Part shown: piece by piece, positions 1-11,215 of the stretch | How the letters are laid out: each line of letters starts with the position of its first letter | Numbering within the stretch: position 1 is the first letter of the stretch | DNA from: Callorhinchus milii | Lineage: Eukaryota | NCBI RefSeq assembly: GCF_018977255.1 | Contig: NW_024704742.1 | Coordinates: forward strand, 6,388,001-6,452,000 | DNA length: 64,000 nt | Reading direction: 5' to 3' | Program-made: the position numbers and the translations under genes | The notes under the pieces: generated by a model | Told to the model about the DNA's origin: nothing | The model's input: only the letters and a program-made list of their open reading frames with translations | Databases searched by the model: none

Positions 1-51
1 TAGATTGAATGGGACTCTCCCCCCACTTCCCCCTTCCCCCATCCTCATACG

Positions 52-485
52 AGTGCACGTGCACACACACACGCAGATACGCACACACAGATACTCACAC
101 ACACACACAGATATGCACACACAGATACTTACACACACACACACACACACAGATACGCACACACAGATACGCGCACACACACACACGCAGATACGCACAC
201 ACGCACAAATACGCGCACACACACATACACACACACAGATACGCGCACACACACACACATACACACACACAGAGATACGCACACACACACAGATACGCAC
301 ACACACACATACACACACACAGATACGTACACACACACAGATACGCACACACACACAGATATGCACACACACACAGATACGCACACACACACAGATACGC
401 ACACACACAGATACTCACACACACAGATATGCACACACACACAGATACTCACACACACAGATATGCACACACACACACACACACT
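52..485. repeat. CA-rich compound mini/microsatellite, (CA)n interleaved with CAGATACG/CAGATATG/CAGATACT
   Basis: Direct reading; explains the HT/CV-rich pseudo-ORFs at 5-654. Confidence 0.95.
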
Positions 486-1169
486 TGCTATTGAACAGGC
501 ATGGTTCCTCTCAAAGTCTAACAAATCAGTCGTCGGTAACTTTGTTCCTTGTTTGGCAGATGTTTCACCTTTATTGAGCTCAGCAGCAATACGGCCTGTC
601 ACAGCGTTTAATTGCTCAAGTAGAATGGAAATGCAATCACTCAGCTGCTTCTAACAATTTTCTTTTTTTTAAACCAATGCAAAAGAACAGCACAGAACAA
701 CCTCTGGAATAAAACGGTAAAATTTGACTGTTATCTTCTGTGGTTCAAAGCAGGGTCGTATGAGGCTTCAGGAAACCAATCACTGTTGTGGTTTGAGGTA
801 CATCCCATACTCTGAAAATAGCAGCAGATAGCGTTGAAGAGATTGTACTGTATTGTGCACAGTTGGCAAGGCCCATTTGTACCAATTAATTTAACCTAGA
901 GTTCTTGATATTGCCAGATTACAATGTGTAATGGAGCATACAGCGCGCGCACACACACAGACACACACACGCCAGCACAATTTCCATCTAAGCAGGCATG
1001 GCAAATCTAAGGTTGTCCCACATTGCAGTCCTATTTTGAATAGCTTGAAGCCTTGTTGCTGTAATATTGAGGAAATCCTCCTTGTGGCATTAATTGCACT
1101 TTGTAATATTGGGGAGTGTTAGGGCGAATGCAGCACATGTTATCCTCACTGGTTATTATAAGCACTTTG

Positions 1170-1276
1170 TAATAATAATAATCCTTACATTTGATATAGT
1201 GCCTTAATATGTTGTTGCGACGTCTCAAAGCGCTTCAACGAATGTACTGTAAAGTGAACTGACTGTATATTTTGTA
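1170..1276 (-). mobile_element. 3' fragment of young Deu-type SINE
   Basis: Reverse complement of the SINE 3' end and (TTA)n tail seen at 1940-2020. Confidence 0.8.
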
Positions 1277-1464
1277 CACTTCAACCAAACATTGAGTCAA
1301 AGACAGTCAATAATATTAACACTCCTTGAATTTGGCGTAGCGCCCTTATAGCATCTTCAAGACTTCCCAAAGTGCTCCACAGAATATACTGTGAAGTGAA
1401 ACAAAACCAGAAGTCGCTGGGAAAACTCAGCAGGTCAGGCAGCATCTATGGAGGAGGGAAAGCG

Positions 1465-1501
1465 AGTCAACATTTCGGGTCCACGACTCTTCGTCAGAAC
1501 T
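1465..1501 (-). ncRNA. Minimal type I hammerhead ribozyme-like motif (Penelope-associated)
   Basis: Minus strand reads AGTT CTGACGA A GAGTC GTG GACCC GAAA TGTT GACT: stem I, CUGANGA core, stem II with one mismatch, GAAA, GUU triplet. Confidence 0.6.
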
Positions 1502-1695
1502 GGGGCCGGTTGGTCGTTAGCTTTAGCCCTCTGGACTCAATATCGATTTCAGCCACTTCAGAACATAACAGCTCACCTTCCCACCCACCCCCTCCTCTTT
1601 CTGTTACCAGCAGAGTTATCTTCTGTTATCATTACAATCATTTGGTTGTACAAACCCCCCCTTTTGTTTTACGCCACTATCACCTCTTTATCCCT

Positions 1696-2020
1696 GGAGT
1701 CCTGTAGCTCAGTGGTTAGAGCACTCGCTTTGCAAGTGAGAGACCTGAGTTCAATTCCAGGCAGAGGGCGAAACCTTGGACAAGTTTCCTTACTCCACAC
1801 AGAGCCTAATAATAATCCCTCCAAAACCAAAAACAATAATAAATTGGTCATTTTCAATCTACGACTGTTTGTGGGACATTGCTGCGCGCAATTGGCTGCC
1901 GCGTTTGCCCACAAATGTACAGTCAATTCACTGTACAGTGTGTTCTGTGAAGCGCTTTGGGATGTCCTCCCGACGTGAAAAGCGCTATATCAAATGCAAG
2001 GATTATTATTATTATTATTA
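1696..2020 (+). mobile_element. Full-length young tRNA-Ala-derived Deu-domain SINE, short variant
   Basis: A box TAGCTCAGTGG, TGC loop, B box GAGTTCAATTCC, core CTGTTTGTGGGACATTGCTG..CAATTGGCTGCCGCG, L2-like tail plus (TTA)n; near-identical to 46734-47076 and 58179-58512. Confidence 0.95.
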
Positions 2021-2180
2021 ATCCGTCAACTAACGCATTCTCTACATTCTCTCCTCTGTCTTCTTTTTCGCCTTCTTTGTCGTCCTTGACCTGCCTCCCC
2101 TTCTCAACTTGCCCTTAAAAACCTCTCCCTCCCAACATGCCCCAGTTCTGGGGTTGTGGACCTGAAACATTGACTCGCTT

Positions 2181-2285
2181 AGAGTGTCAGCCTGGACGAG
2201 GAGCCCACACTTCTGAGGAGGTGGGGCCATCAATTCACAACCTGCTGATTGAGAGGTGAGAGTGCTACCAATTGAGCCAAACCAG
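2181..2285 (-). mobile_element. Head of older Deu-SINE; its 3' end probably lies at ~1330-1400
   Basis: Reverse complement of TTGGCTCAATTGGTAGCACTCTCACCTC.., shared with the heads at 22555, 55705 and 57426. Confidence 0.7.
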
Positions 2286-3180
2286 CAGGAGTCACTCTCA
2301 CCCGAGATGTCAACGAGCATGTGTAAATCTGTGGCAGTCTGACACCTGTCTTCGACAGGATTCAATAAATATATACTCACCACGGGAGAGGGTGTGTGTG
2401 TGGGTGTCTAAAGGTCTAACTTACAGCATATCTTAATTGGGGCCTTTAGTAAGAAATCTGAGTTGGGGCAATCCAATGGTGAGGATGGGGATTTCTTGCG
2501 GAAACCGGAAACGCATCAGACGTGGAATATTTTTTGGAGTGGAGTGTTTGGGGTTGACGGGAATCCTAACGGGATTCCTTAATAAGCTTGCATGCCTTCT
2601 CCATATATAAGCGGCTGGAGGTTTAAACCCCCCGTAGAGCCATGAAGGGTGAAAGCAGATGAACATGTGGACTTTGGGTGGGAGAGGTGGGGTTTGGGGG
2701 TTGGGGTGAGTGGGAGAGAACGAAAGAAAATTATTATTTTTGAGTATACAAATTGACCTGACTGTACTGGCTGGCACGCTGTCAAACCAGGATCCACATG
2801 CAACTGGCTATGTAGAGTCTAACAAGCCATTACTGGTTGGTTGCATGTGTATGATTAAATAGCTCATTAGCACATTGCAGTTTGTCAGCCAGCCAAGAGA
2901 TCTGGAAAACCCAGCTAGTAAGGGGGTGAATAAAATGCACCCCCCGAATAGGTCAATCATACATCTTTGATGTGTTTTCCTTCGCAAAGTGATTTGTTAC
3001 GTTCTTACTTTCCCCATGTGAAGAAACACAACACGGCAGTATGACTTTAATTAATCGCACAAAGCAACTCATTTAGAGCGCTGTGTGTGTGGAACATGGC
3101 AAACCTGCCTAGAAGGGGGATGCCAGATGTGAACTATTTTGCTTATTATTAATTCCTCCGTTGCTTGAGATGCGCAGCAC

Positions 3181-3198
3181 AGCGTCACCTGGTGGACG
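3181..3198 (-). promoter_or_regulatory. Candidate CTCF site
   Basis: Minus strand CGTCCACCAGGTGACGCT versus consensus CCASYAGRKGGCRC, one core mismatch, in locally CpG-rich sequence. Confidence 0.4.
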
Positions 3199-3649
3199 CA
3201 CCAGGAAGCAGTGGATTTTTATTGTGCCTTATCAGGTCAACATTTTGCAACGTGCTTTACAGCAACCACTGTCAAACGCGGTGACGGTGCCCAACAGTCC
3301 CCCCAATAAATACAGCCATTCACGACACGGCTGTTTGCGGGACATTGCTGGTTGCGTGCAGGTTAGCTGCTGCATTCGCCTGCGCGATTCACACACTCCC
3401 TGCGTTTGTAGTATATCCTCCTAATGCGAAAGGTGCTAAAGCAAATGTAACGATTGTTAATATCATATGAAATGGTATACCTTAAAAAAGGCTATTCACA
3501 AAAGTACCAGGCGAGAGACTCGTTTTACAAAGGCACTTTGAAATGTTCTCCTGATGTGAAAAATGGTAATAAATGGCTGTGTGCAGCAGGAGTTTTGCCA
3601 CCCAAACATTCATGGAGTTGAACGATCGAGCTATCGGAAAGATTGGTTA

Positions 3650-3910
3650 TACTTTTAGGTTGTTTCAATGCTTCAAATGATTTACTGCATAATGTAGTGA
3701 CTGCATTTTGTAGGTAAACCCAGCAGCCGATTTGCACACAGCAATATCCCACAAGCAGCCGTGAAGTGAATGGCCAATTGTATTGGGGGATTGTTGGCTG
3801 GAGAAACTTCCTTCTCTTCTTGAACAGTGACATAAGAATTTGAACGTCCACCTGGGCAGGTAGATAGGATCTTAGTTTTGTTTCTCATCCGAAGGACAGC
3901 ACTTTGTGGA
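3650..3910 (-). mobile_element. Older Deu-SINE fragment
   Basis: Reverse complement of Deu core (..GTGGGATATTGCTGTGTGCAAATCGGCTGC..). Confidence 0.75.
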
Positions 3911-3954
3911 ATAAACGCCACACCAAGGAGAAAATGTATTCAAGTCCAGGCTTC

Positions 3955-4500
3955 ATCATGTCCAGGGTTGAGCATTTTAACTCCCTGTTTGCCAGACTTC
4001 CCAACTTCCCTCCACAAGATGCAGATTATTCCGAACTCAATGGCTTGTGTCCTTTCCCGCACCAAGCTCCGTGAGCCTATCACCCAATTCCTCTCTAGGC
4101 TTCCCAACCCCAGAGGATGGAATTCGAGATCCTCTTACTCACTTTTAAAGCCCTCCATGGTCTTGCGCCTTATTAGATGCTAATCCCATATTGACCCGTC
4201 TGCTCCTTCCGTTCAGCAGGCTCCAGCCTACTCCCTACCATCGGTGGTCAGGCCTTCAGCCTCTTTGCTCCCACCCTCTAGAACTCTATCCCACAGTCCC
4301 TTCACCTCGCCCCCTCCCTTGCCTCCTTCAAGGCATATTTCAAGACCCTCTTCTTCGACCGTGTTTTTGGTCACCCTCCTACCCATACCCTCCCTATCCT
4401 TCTGATCCCAACCACCTGCTCTGGTCCAAATCCTTGACTGTCCAGTGCCTTGGGACGTCCTCCCAACGTGAAAGATGCTATACGATTGTAATTTGTTTGT
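3955..4500 (+). mobile_element. L2 LINE 3' fragment
   Basis: Degenerate LHKMQIIPNS.A.VLSRTK C-terminus; similar to 29560-30128; 3' end GGGACGTCCTCCCAACGTGAAAG. Confidence 0.85.
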
Positions 4501-4504
4501 TTGT

Positions 4505-4871
4505 TTGCTCCTTCCTACATCTGTGTAAAACTTTACCAACCCCCACGCAACCTCTGCTCGGCGGACTTTGGCCTACTCCATGTCGCCTGCTTTCCCTTCC
4601 CCACCATCGGCAGTTGGGCCTTGAGCCTTTCTGCGCCTACCCTCTGGATCTCCATCCTGGAGTTCTTCCACCCACCCCTCCCTTATCTCTTTCGTGGCCT
4701 GTCTCAAAACCTTCTTTCTTGTGCCATTGGTCATCCTCCCACCCCTAGTTCTCTTGCCCTCCACCCCTCTTGATTCCAACCCTCAGCTCGCTTACAAACG
4801 CTTGACTGTTCAGTGTATTAGAAAGTCCTCCCGACTCAAAAGGCACTATGTATATATTTGTTGCGGTTGTT
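4505..4871 (+). mobile_element. Second, tandem L2 3' fragment
   Basis: Repeats the motifs of 4170-4490 and ends in a GTT-like tail. Confidence 0.75.
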
Positions 4872-5010
4872 CATAGAATCATAGAATAGAATTATACAAC
4901 ACACAAGGAGGCCATTTGGCCCATCATGCCTGTACCGGCTCTTTGAAAAGAGTTATCCAATTCAATCCCACTCCTCTGCTCTCTCCCCATAGCCCTGCAG
5001 ACTTGTCCTC
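4872..5010 (-). mobile_element. CR1 LINE 3' end
   Basis: Reverse complement of ..GATGGGCCAAATGGCCTCCTTG.. with TTCTATGA-type tail; matches 20560-20632 and 57800-57900. Confidence 0.85.
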
Positions 5011-5629
5011 CCCTTCTTGTTGTTGCCCCAGACCACTTCTCTCTTTAAATAGCAATGTAGGATCTTTAACATCCACCTGAAGAAAAGGTACCCATAGTTT
5101 TAATGTCTCAACCGAAAGGCAACATCCCCAACATTGCAGGGCTCCCTCACTACTGCACAAGAGCGTCGTTCTAGATTGTCAGCTCGAGTCCCAATGAGAT
5201 CTAAACCCATTGAAAACATTATCTTTTCCACTCCAACAACTTCTGCAAGCCTCCACCTTGGGTTTCACGTCATCTCTGATAAAGCACTTCCCAGCACTGG
5301 AAATGTCAAACAGACTATGAGCTTGTGCAACTTGTTATTGTTGGCAGTGGTGATGTTTGAACCCACAACTTCTGACCTAGAAGTGAGAATGTTACCAGCT
5401 GAGCAAAGCTGACACCTTAAAATGGATTTCAGAAAGGCCGGTGAATTTAGTGATGTGGATTTTAAGGTTGAAGCTATGGAAAGCAAATACATATCATATT
5501 ATAATTCTTTAAGGAGGAGTGTTAAAATTGGAAAACTTCTCCCCAGTGTCCCCGTGGAAACCTAATTAGTTCTGAGGTGTTTTGCACAAGTGCTAGTCAG
5601 AAGTGGAGCCACAGCGCACTGTTTGAAAG

Positions 5630-6815
5630 GAATCAAGTGGGAAAACCTGCCCTTCCTGGCCAAAGTGTTGGAACGCGATGTTGCAAATCAACTTTGCTCA
5701 CACCTCTCCCTCCACTCCCTCCTCGAACTCCTCCAGTCCGATTTTCGCCCTGCCCACAGCGATCGTCAAAGAAACAAATGAGTTCCTCTCTCTCTGTGAC
5801 CAGGGTTCCCTCGGCCTCCTCGTCCTCCTGGATCTCTCCGCTACGTTCGACACAGTCGATCAATCCATCCTCATTCTCCTCCACCACCTCTCCTCTTCTC
5901 TCATCCAACCTTAGTGGGATCGCGCTCACATGGTTGGAGTCCTACTTAACTAACCGCCAACAATACATCTTGGCAAATGGTTTCTCTTCCCACCCCGCTC
6001 AGTCACCTGCGGGGTACCCCAGGGCTCCATCCTTGGGCCCCTTCTTTTCCTTATCTATATGTTCCTTCTCGGCGATGTCAGCCACAGACATGGGGTCAAC
6101 TTCCACATGTATGCGGATGACACACAAATCTACTTCTCCTCCAGCTCCAACTCCCAGTCTGCTGATTTCCTGTCAGCTTGTTTGGCGGACATCAAACCCT
6201 GGATGGACACAAGTTTCCTGCAGCTGAATATCGGCAAGACGGAAGCTATAATCTTTGGCTCCCGTCAACGTCTTCTCTCCTGCAGGTCTGAACTCTTCAA
6301 CCTCCCCATGCTCTCCCTCAGACTCACCGAAACTGTGCGCAATCTAGGCATCAGTTTTGATCCCTGGCTTTCCTTTCTGGCACACATCCGTTCCCTGACC
6401 AGGACCATTTTTTTCCACCTCTGTCACATTGCCTGCCTCCGAAAGGACTATCCCAATGTCTTTCCTTCCCAGCTCCACCGTACACAAAATTCAACTGGGT
6501 TCAAAACTCAAATCAAAGGTTATCAAATCGCTTCATGCCCTCATACCTCCCTACGTATCCGATTTGCTTCCCCCACATTGGTGGCCGTGCCTTCAGCCAT
6601 TATGCCCCAAACCTCTGAAACTCTTTCCCTCAATCCTTTCACTTTGCTCCCTCCCTCCCTTCACATTCCACCTAAAGACCTTTTTTGATGGTGCTTTCAG
6701 TCACCTCCCCATTCCCTCTCCCCCTGGCTCATTGTCAGACTCCGGCACTGTCAAGCACTCCGGGATGCTATCCCGAGTGAAGAGGGCTATATGAATGCGA
6801 GTTATTGCTGTTGTT
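5630..6815 (+). mobile_element. L2 LINE fragment, frameshifted reverse transcriptase with 3' end
   Basis: [62 protein letters not shown] across frames. Confidence 0.95.
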
Positions 6816-8249
6816 GAATATGATATATTACAATTTGTATTTGTATAGTGCCTTTCATGTTCAAAGGGTGCCTTGAAGCCCTTCACATAGCTGTTTGGGC
6901 ACCTGAACATTAGCTGTGAAGATGGAGTGGGGGAAGATAACCGAAAGTCCAGTTGAACAGATAAATCTTAATGCAGGTTATAAAAGTGAGAAATCCATAA
7001 AATCTCGGGCTAATGGGATGTTTGAACTCACCATATTTATTATTTTAATATATATGCCAGAAAACCCTCAGTTTCAAGTGAAGGCCTCTTTTGTATCTAA
7101 TGGTGAAATTGGTGACCATTGACGGGCCTCAGTGAACCAGATGTAGCATTTTGACAAAATTAAAGTCTATCCTTCAAATATCACACCGAGAGTAATGGAA
7201 ACTGGGTAAGAAATGCGTGGTAGCAATTACACCGATGGGCCCATCAATTCTGAGAATGAGAGTGAGTTTTTTCCAGTCACTCTTTAAACCTTGCCGTTAG
7301 ATTTTGTCCCTGGAATCACTCTGCAGTGCCTGCTAATGTTTATTACGTGCAATCGTACCACTGAGCAGTTGATGAAGGTGAACCATCTTGCAAAATATTT
7401 TAGCGCAAATTGAGAAAGCAGGGATTTTTACAACATACTGATTTAAATTACCCTCACGTGTAAATCCTTTCTCTCACCTCCTAACACCCCACTCCTCTGC
7501 CTGGTCCCTGCAATTAGCTGACACAGGTCATTCACCCCACCCCCCCACCCCACCCCTAACCCCTGAAACTCTCTTCCTCTCTCTCTCTTTGTCTATCTTC
7601 AAATCCCATTCTAAACCTACCTCTTCGACCGTGCCACGGGAAATGTATTTTACATCCTGAGCCTCGATTTATCTGCCGTTGTCCTCACGAGAGCTTTTTC
7701 AGCCCCGTTGTCTATCAAAACATTTCCCCATTTTATAACGAGGAAATTCTTAAGTTAAGTTGTAAGTTCAGAGGATGCAACTGTAAAGACTGTGTATTTG
7801 TGGGCAAACACACCAGCCAATTTCTGCACCGTAATGTCTCACAAACAGTCATGTAGTGAGTGATTAATTGTACTTGGGAGATTGTTGGTCAGGACACAGG
7901 AAAACCTCCCTTCCCTAAATATGTTTTTCATGATACAAAATAACACTGTATGTCATTCATGTTTTTATTTTCTACTGTCCCTTTTCTGAAGTGCGAGCCT
8001 TCTTTTGCTGTACAGTTGTACAGCAACCAGGTGCCCTCCTCCTCTCCGTAAGATGTTTGACTCCTGTTTGCTTCCTTTGGCAAAGTTCCATGTCTGTCGT
8101 GATTATTATGCACATGTTTGCTGTCCCAACAACTGACTGCCGGCAGAGAATTCCACATTACTACCATTCTCTGTCTAATATCTCCTAATCTCTGTGCAAA
8201 ATACAAATTGGTAAATCCATGGAGTGAACATACAATTTATAGTACAATA

Positions 8250-8705
8250 CAATTTACATTTATATTTATAGAGCGCCTTTCACATCGGGAGTATGTCTCA
8301 AAGTGCTTAACACGTCTGGCTGGGCACACAATTTGGGTGTGGTAGCTGAATGGGATGAGGATAGGAAAGATGACCAAAGGAGATGTATCTTGAGACAAAG
8401 CTTGAATGAAGTTAGGCAGGGATCGAGTCAGAGGGACTCAGGGATGGACTTCCAGAGAGCAGGGGGCAAAATGGCTAAAAGACTGCCCGCTGATGAAGAC
8501 TGGGGTGGATAGGACCTGAAGCCGGCTAAGCAAAGGGAGTGGCTGGTTCAGTGGGGTTAAAGGAGGTCAAGGAAGTAGTGTGAATCGAGATGATGGAGGA
8601 ATTTGAAGTTGAGAATGAGGAATCTTCGATTCGATCTCCTGGGGGAATGGGGAGCCAGTGGAGCTTAGCAAGGATGGGAGTGACAGGCTCACGGAGCCTG
8701 GTGTT
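8250..8705 (-). mobile_element. Degraded L2 3' fragment
   Basis: Reverse complement similarity to L2 3' region including the CTCCACTGGCTCCCC motif and tail. Confidence 0.7.
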
Positions 8706-10300
8706 GAAGGGGACATGGAAGTTACGCGCATATAGAACAGCTGGAAGCTGTTACAAAAGCTGTGGTCTATACAACAGGACAGTGTTGAGGTTTGGACATC
8801 CTTGCTGAATAATCTTGCCTAATAAACTGAATTTGTTTTTAGAACTCGGTGGCTCTAGCACTGGGATTTTGTTTGACTAGCTCACAGTTTGCGGTTGGAA
8901 CTTGAGTTTCTGGACAGAAGCAATTCTGTTTCACTTGGCACGTCATGTAACTAACTCCCTTCGAAGTTCGTGCTAGCTTATTTTATCGTGTGACATGAAC
9001 GTGAATTTTTCAAGAGCTGGGACCCTACTGCTACCTGGAGTAGGGCAAATCTTAACAAAAGCACTGTTTTGTTATTGGGGGAGATTTGAGTGTGTCTCCA
9101 TATCAATTTTATAACAATGAAATTGCTGTATTTAATTATAGTGCCTTTCACCTCAAGAGGATAGCGCAAAGCTTTCACAGGATTCATTGTAAAGTTAAGT
9201 TGTAAGTTGAGAGTATTCTCTGTAAAGATGAGATGCCATGGTGACAACAACTACTTTAACTCTTTACTCTGTGCCGCAACCACTTTAACTCTTTACACAT
9301 TGCTTTCCTCTGATTTGTAGCAAAAAAGGTAGTGGAAAGTACTGAACAGGCACAAATGTAGGATGAACACCTGAGGAAATCCATCTCCAACTGGATCTCT
9401 AACGGAGTCCTTAGTAATGGTAACAGTTTGCTTCAACTGTTCACATATTTTCCATAATTAAGACTGCAGGTAGATCAATGTCTTTTAGCCGAATAGGGTG
9501 ATGTGAAGGTAAATGGAAATTAAATAAACAAGTACTGTACGCGTTTTGATAATTGTTTGCGAGACCTCTCAATGCTCTTTCACCATTATCCTGTTTGGGG
9601 ATCTAGAGGGACTAAACATTTCCTTTGCACACGTACTCCTTTTGGGGGTGGTTGAGGGGCGGGGGTGGGTGGGTTCCCATGAATAACCACGGGCTAGCAG
9701 AGAACTAGATTGAAGTTGATTTTGTTTCAACTCTGTTCTCGTTAATGTAGAGACAGAAGATCAATTTCCACATTTCCTGAAGTTCTTCTACTTTGCAGAA
9801 AAGTAAAGGGAAAGAATGAAAGTAGAAAGCTGTGATATGACCCATCACCTGCATTCAAAATCTGCAGAACTGCTAGCTCCAGAGGGGGTAGATGTAGTAG
9901 CCAACAATTGACCATTCATTTCTTGTCTGTTGGGAACAATGCTGTGCAAAATTGGCTAATTCACTTTACAGTGTATCCCGTGAAGCGCTTTGAGACGTCT
10001 CGAAAATGTGATGAATCACTACATCAAATGCAAGGATTATTATTATCATCATCATCTTCATCAAAAAATGCTCTGGTGGAAAGAAGAAATGCCACACAAA
10101 AGCATGCAACCTCAAAGGGCAATATGGCTATAACATTTAGTATAAGAACAGATACATTGTGGGAGGCTGGAAGTGGTTGCAAGTCAGTTTGGCAAGCACA
10201 TATGAGTGTAGGAAATTATGTTGGAGAACACAGAGTAAGTAACACATGATCCTGTGCTTTTTCCATTGGCAAAAACATTCTGATGTTCATTGCATACCAA

Positions 10301-10355
10301 CCCTAACCCTAATCCTAACCCTAACCCCTAACCCTAACCCTAACCCTAACCCTAA
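10301..10355. repeat. Interstitial telomeric repeat, 9 CCCTAA units (2 variant)
   Basis: Direct reading. Confidence 0.9.
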
Positions 10356-10965
10356 GCTGCTCAGCCTTTTGACCCTGCATTCAGAGAAGAAGATTAAAAG
10401 GCACGGAATACGAACGTGGACAGGAAAAAAAAGTATCTTGAATCTGACTGACAAAACATTAAAGAAAGGATTGGGATATTTCAGCAGATCTCTACATCAA
10501 ATAGATACATTAGATATCGCTAAACTTACCACGACACACTGATGGTCAGTATTCAACAGGCTGGATCATATTACTTGGTTCATCTTCAAAAATACAGTCA
10601 TTATACTTTATAGTAAAACCCTGTGAAGGCCATTGAGTCACACGGATACACATATACCCAATGTGAAAGATGCTGTATCAAATACAATGGTTATTATCAA
10701 TTATTATCACAATAAGCATGTGGAGACATCGAACAAGAATGTTCAGCTTAGAAAGTGAGATCAAACATGTAGGATTTGTAATTAAATTCTTTAATAAGTC
10801 CAGTTACCAGAAAGCATCAAATTACTGCACACTAGACTGTGTTATTACTTGATATGTCAGGCACTGGAGGTGTGAAGGTGTTTGGTTTCCACTTCATCAA
10901 GTAATTCAAACTCAATTGTTTGCCAAATTGACCCAGTGCAAATGATCCCATTTCAGATCATTTGA

Positions 10966-11108
10966 GAAAAATAAAAGGCAAAATATTGCAGATGCTGGAA
11001 ATTTGAAAGAAAAACAAAAGTCGCTGGATAAACTCAACGGGTCAGGCAGCATCTATGGAGAGAGGAAAGTGAGTTAACGTTTCAGGTCGATGACCTTTTG
11101 TCACAACT
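10966..11108 (-). mobile_element. Solo Penelope-like 3' terminal repeat with degenerate hammerhead motif
   Basis: Similar to 1401-1501; minus strand AGTT GTGACAA A AGGTC ATC GACCT GAAA CGTT AACT. Confidence 0.75.
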
Positions 11109-11124
11109 CACCTCTCATACAGCT

Positions 11125-11215
11125 TCCAATTGTCAAATTAGGATGTCACCTCATCAAAAACAGGTTTGGTACAGAAGATCTGTCCCTTGTGAAGCCATGT
11201 TGGTATCACTTTATT
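11125..11215 (-). mobile_element. Old CR1 RT fragment
   Basis: Minus strand QHGFTRDRSSVPNL then FDEVT after a frameshift, resembling CR1 QHGFxKGRSCLTNL..FFEEVT. Confidence 0.6.

Larger units (their letters stand above)
1401..2180 (+). mobile_element. 5'-truncated Penelope-like element with inverted 3'-end copy, interrupted by a SINE
   Basis: 1459-1505 is an imperfect inverted copy of 2140-2180; 1527-1568 translates PSGLNIDFSHFRT*, resembling the GLN-motif C-terminus of Penelope GIY-YIG ORFs; hammerhead motif in the terminal repeat. Confidence 0.75.

Noticed and set aside
5..654. Long HT- and CV-rich ORFs
   Set aside because: Translation of a CA minisatellite
1696..1768. tRNA-Ala(TGC)-like gene, and similar heads elsewhere
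   Set aside because: Acceptor stem does not close and each head runs into a SINE body
1448..1978. Recurring ORF family (..[37 protein letters not shown]) at several loci
   Set aside because: Incidental reading frame through SINE copies, not a gene family
2434..2590. Possible MITE with termini CTTTAGTAAGAAATC / GATTCCTTAATAAG
   Set aside because: Inverted similarity short and imperfect, no second copy or TSD seen
6059..6688. 209-aa ORF with YADD motif as a functional RT
   Set aside because: Part of a frameshifted, internally deleted L2 fragment
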